A stretch of 63,456 nucleotides of DNA, taken from NCBI GenBank assembly GCA_044225505.1, contig JBGAIN010000029.1, forward strand, positions 1 to 63,456. The letters are read 5' to 3'. Source of the DNA: Limisphaerales bacterium (GTDB lineage: Bacteria; Verrucomicrobiota; Verrucomicrobiia; Limisphaerales; SIBE01). Of the stretch, positions 60,274-63,456 are shown piece after piece (position 1 is the first letter of the stretch; each line of letters opens with the position of its first letter). The notes under the pieces were generated by a model. It was given only the letters and a program-made list of their open reading frames with translations, did not search any database and had not been told where the DNA came from. The position numbers were made by a program, and so were the translations under genes.

Positions 60274-61017
60274 CTATTTCTTCTTTTCTGCGGGTTTCTT
60301 TTCGGCCTTTTCCGCCTTTTCCCCCTTGTCGGCGCCAGGCTTTTCTGCACCCTTCTCGGCCGGAGCGGCACCTTCTTCCTTCTTCTCCTTGATCATCTCG
60401 GGTTCCAGAGGCCCAGCAGCCGCCGTTTCGGCAGCAGCTTCTTGAGCTTCCGTGACCGGTGCGGCAACAGAGATCACCACGACTTTCTTGTCTCCAAGGA
60501 TCTCGACGCCCGCGGGCGGCTTGATATCGCCAATATGGATCGACTTGCCGATCTCCAGCGATGTCACGTCCACTTCCAAAAATTCCGGCAAATCCTTCGG
60601 TAACGCGCGGACCTTCAAGCGGAAGAGCACATGCTCCAGAACGCCACCGCCCGTCTTCACTCCCGCGGCTTCTCCAACAGTCTCCACCGGAACAGTGACC
60701 GTGACCTTCTCGGTCTCGACCACCTCGTGCAAGTCCACGTGGACCAGTTTGCCCGTGAGCGGGTGATGTTGAATCTCCTGCACCAACGCCAGGCGCTTGA
60801 TTGAGGCCGTCCCTTCGATGGAAAGGTCCACCAAAATATTTTCCGAGCCGGAGTGATGGATCAGGTTCTCCATCTCCTTCACCCCAATTTCCAGATTCAG
60901 GGCAGGATTCTGGCGCCCATAAATCACCGCTGGCACACGGCCAGCTTGCCGAAGTTTCTTAACACCGGTCCGCTTGACCAGGGATCGCGGATACGCGATT
61001 AACGATACAGATTTCAT
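60274..61017 (-). CDS. rplY: 50S ribosomal protein L25/Ctc
   Basis: LRQAGRVPAVIYG, HVDL, GVKTGGG and a Lys/Glu tail. Confidence 0.95.
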   Translation of the reverse strand: MKSVSLIAYPRSLVKRTGVKKLRQAGRVPAVIYGRQNPALNLEIGVKEMENLIHHSGSENILVDLSIEGTASIKRLALVQEIQHHPLTGKLVHVDLHEVVETEKVTVTVPVETVGEAAGVKTGGGVLEHVLFRLKVRALPKDLPEFLEVDVTSLEIGKSIHIGDIKPPAGVEILGDKKVVVISVAAPVTEAQEAAAETAAAGPLEPEMIKEKKEEGAAPAEKGAEKPGADKGEKAEKAEKKPAEKKK

Positions 61018-61051
61018 GTCTTCAATTCTGCTGTCAGCAAGCGATCCGCTA

Positions 61052-61996
61052 TTAGTCGGTGCGCCCGCCCTTAAATTCAAAGAGCGAAGTGACTGACGAA
61101 TTGCTGTGGATTCGCTTGATGGCTTCGCCCAACAATCCCGCAACGGACAAGGTGGTAATCTTCACCCCGTCAATGGCAGGGCGGAGAACAGTATCAGTAG
61201 TGATGAGTTCGTCAATATTAGATTTGCGCAGCCGATTTATCCCCAAATCATTGAGAATTGCGTGCGAAACGCACGCGTAAATCTTGCGCGCGCCCTTCTT
61301 TTTCAAGAGCGCGGCGGCCGCCGTGAGAGTCCCCGCCGTCTCCGTCAGGTCATCCACCATCAACACCGTCTTGCCCCGGATCTCACCGATTACCGCCATC
61401 GACTCGATCTCGGTCGCACTCTTGCGGCGTTTTGCCACAATGGCCAACCCTGCCCCTAGAACTTGCGAGTAGGCATGCGCCATCTTGAGCCCGCCCACGT
61501 CCGGGCTCACCACCACCAAATTGGGCAATGGTTTCTTCTTCAAATAGTCATACATCACCGGCGCGGCGTAGAGATGATCGACCGGGATATCAAAAAAACC
61601 TTGAATCTGCTGCGCGTGCAAATCCATCGTCAGCACTCGGTTCGCCCCGGCCGCAACTAACAAATTGGCCACGAGTTTGGCCGTAATCGGAACGCGCGGC
61701 TGATCTTTCCGATCCTGCCGCGCGTAGCCATAAAACGGCAGCACCGCGGTGATTCGGGATGCGCTCGATCGTCGCAGCGCATCGATCATGATGAACATCT
61801 CCATTAAATGATGGTTCGTCGGGGGACTCGTCGACTGCACCACGAATACATCCTCACCGCGCACATTCTCCTCGATCTTGACGAAGGTCTCTCCGTCGGG
61901 AAATGAGCTAACCGTGCACTTTCCTAAAGGAATGCCAATGGACGCTGTAATCCGCTCAGCCAATACCCGATTGGAAGTGCCGCTGAAAATCTTCAC
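61052..61996 (-). CDS. prs: Ribose-phosphate pyrophosphokinase
   Basis: FPDGE, YARQDRK, DLHA.QIQGFF, VSPDVGG and VDDLTETAGT. Confidence 0.97.
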   Translation of the reverse strand: MKIFSGTSNRVLAERITASIGIPLGKCTVSSFPDGETFVKIEENVRGEDVFVVQSTSPPTNHHLMEMFIMIDALRRSSASRITAVLPFYGYARQDRKDQPRVPITAKLVANLLVAAGANRVLTMDLHAQQIQGFFDIPVDHLYAAPVMYDYLKKKPLPNLVVVSPDVGGLKMAHAYSQVLGAGLAIVAKRRKSATEIESMAVIGEIRGKTVLMVDDLTETAGTLTAAAALLKKKGARKIYACVSHAILNDLGINRLRKSNIDELITTDTVLRPAIDGVKITTLSVAGLLGEAIKRIHSNSSVTSLFEFKGGRTD

Positions 61997-62481
61997 GTGT
62001 GTTTAGGTCTAAAAAGAAAAAACCACCGCTGTAGGTGGATTCGTACTCTCGAATGCTCCGCACTCTAACAACGCTCCCCCTTCACGCAAGTGGAAAGTAG
62101 CTCAACCCGATAACCCCGGTTATGATTGCCACCGGGTGAACCGCTCGCGACTAAATCCCATACTGCATCCTTTCTGTATCCTTTCGATTCCGATTCCGAT
62201 TCCGATGCCAGAACCACTTTTGCACCAACGACGAGCCAAACGGGCTGGCCCTTTGTCAACTCGGCTCAACGATTCCTACTCAACTCCGACGCCCCCGGCC
62301 GAGCCTATCGCGAGCGGGCCAATACGGAGCCGAACCTAGTGCCTCCGCAGCCGAACGAAAAAGGTTATCGCCTTGTTACTTGAATCATCCCATCTCTGCT
62401 TCGGAATATTAATCCTGTCGCCCTCGTAAATCGGAGAGTCCTAGTCCGACCTGCTCCCATCCACCGGCACGAGTCGTTTGC

Positions 62482-62573
62482 ACATAACAGACAGATCAGC
62501 GACCCGGCGCCACTAGTATCTGCGATACAATTCCAACGTGAGCGCCGGGTTCGCTGGATCTCGCGCGTTCGTA
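62482..62573 (-). mobile_element. attC-like integron recombination site 1
   Basis: Minus strand TACGAAC...GATC(C)AGCGA(A)CCCGGCGC...GCGCCGGGTCGCTGATC...GTTATGT. It is a 92-bp imperfect palindrome with two unpaired bases, 13 bp after a stop codon. Confidence 0.8.
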
Positions 62574-62586
62574 GAAATCGTCAGTT

Positions 62587-62907
62587 CTATTTTGGGGCTG
62601 GCACAAAATACAATACGAGCTGGGCGTTCGTAATCGCGCTCGGGGAAATCGCCCGTAGCACATCCGCATCGTGCTCGCTCGTTATGTCAAAACTGAATTG
62701 TGCGCCACCTCCTGACAAGTCCTGGGTGGCCACGATCCTCCCGGTGGTCGTCTCAACCAAGATAGCAGTTCCATCGGTGGGTGCATGCCAGGCGATCAGA
62801 GGTCCCCCTCCGACTTTCCTGGCTCCCCGCGGCAGATTGCTGGGACTCGCACAGCCAACCGCCAGGACCAACGCCCCAATTCCGATGATGTGTTTCATGA
62901 ATTTCAT
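62587..62907 (-). CDS. Small putative lipoprotein, cassette-borne
   Basis: MKFMKHIIGIGALVLAVGC lipobox. The ORF fills the space between two attC-like sites. Confidence 0.75.
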   Translation of the reverse strand: MKFMKHIIGIGALVLAVGCASPSNLPRGARKVGGGPLIAWHAPTDGTAILVETTTGRIVATQDLSGGGAQFSFDITSEHDADVLRAISPSAITNAQLVLYFVPAPK

Positions 62908-62927
62908 AACTGAACTGATGTGTCGTC

Positions 62928-63017
62928 GTCGAACGGAAGGCTCAGTGGCGGATGGCCGCTGGCTCTTGACTGTAACCACAGCGTCGGCCGGCCGGCCACT
63001 GAAGCAATTGGTTGACA
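62928..63017 (-). mobile_element. attC-like integron recombination site 2
   Basis: Minus strand TGTCAAC-CAATT-GCT(T)CAGTGGC...GCCACTGAGC-CTTCC-GTTCGAC, 90 bp, 10 bp after a stop codon. Confidence 0.72.
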
Positions 63018-63027
63018 GCAGTTTCTT

Positions 63028-63456
63028 TCACTCCTGCCAAGGTTTATCCGTTCCTCGACTCGCTCTGACGCCTTCGACCCGCCCGTCTGGTGTGCCCTCC
63101 CGTTGCGTGAGCAGGCTGAATACGTCTAATGTTTCGATGATCTTCTGGTCCTTCAGAGTGAAGGGGGACAAGCTTGAATTCCCATGCATCACACCGTCGG
63201 CCGTGAAGGAGTCCAGTCCAGGCGCACCCGCCGAACCCAAAAGCTCACGCAATTGGGCGAAGCTCTCCGCCGCAATGATTGACTCGTCCGATGGCAATGC
63301 GACCGGGTTATTGGGAAATGCGGTCTCCGCTCCGACTGCGCTCTCGCTCTCCAGCATCCGTTTCTCGCTGAATTCCAGTTCAGTCCGGCTTTCCCCACGT
63401 TGGGAACGGTCCGTTCCCAAAATAGTCGCCCATCCCCAACAAGCCTCACGCGTCTC
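63028..63456 (-). CDS. Hypothetical protein, 5'-partial, cassette-borne
   Basis: The frame is open to the window edge, and the stop lies just before attC site 2. Confidence 0.55.
   Translation of the reverse strand, partial: ETREACWGWATILGTDRSQRGESRTELEFSEKRMLESESAVGAETAFPNNPVALPSDESIIAAESFAQLRELLGSAGAPGLDSFTADGVMHGNSSLSPFTLKDQKIIETLDVFSLLTQREGTPDGRVEGVRASRGTDKPWQE

Noticed and set aside
61997..62335. tRNA-Gln often found upstream of prs
   Set aside because: No cloverleaf or T-loop motif found. Only a short (GATTCC)3 tract and a possible promoter are present.

Overview
GC-rich bacterial chromosomal window. The gene content and order point to the PVC superphylum, most likely Verrucomicrobia (inference). 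The left ~9 kb is an accessory, repeat-rich region. It holds the 3' end of a probable HUH/Y1 (RAYT-like) transposase, three non-autonomous derivatives of it, a 5'-truncated VapC toxin gene, a HEAT-repeat protein, a TonB-dependent receptor, an orphan RfbG-like dehydratase, a 275-bp MITE, GGAG-type REPs and a microsatellite. The middle is mostly housekeeping on the minus strand: a DUF1501-DUF1549/1553-cytochrome c/WD40/PPC cluster, ilvE-mcsA-mcsB-clpC-mlaEFD-PIN/TRAM-FAD oxidase, a heterodimeric ABC exporter, secA, a system II cytochrome c maturation operon, rho, purM-purD, and prs-rplY-pth-rpsF-ssb-rplI-dnaB-bamA-skp. Three things stand out. (1) A single 723-aa ORF fuses a YwlE-like low-molecular-weight phosphatase, RpiB and SHMT (GlyA), in a genome region that also encodes the McsA/McsB/ClpC arginine-phosphorylation system. 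(2) Two attC-like sites define an integron-type cassette array at the right edge, with no integrase visible in the window. (3) A local transposase/MITE family has apparently truncated a vapC gene. All calls come from reading motifs; no database searches were run.
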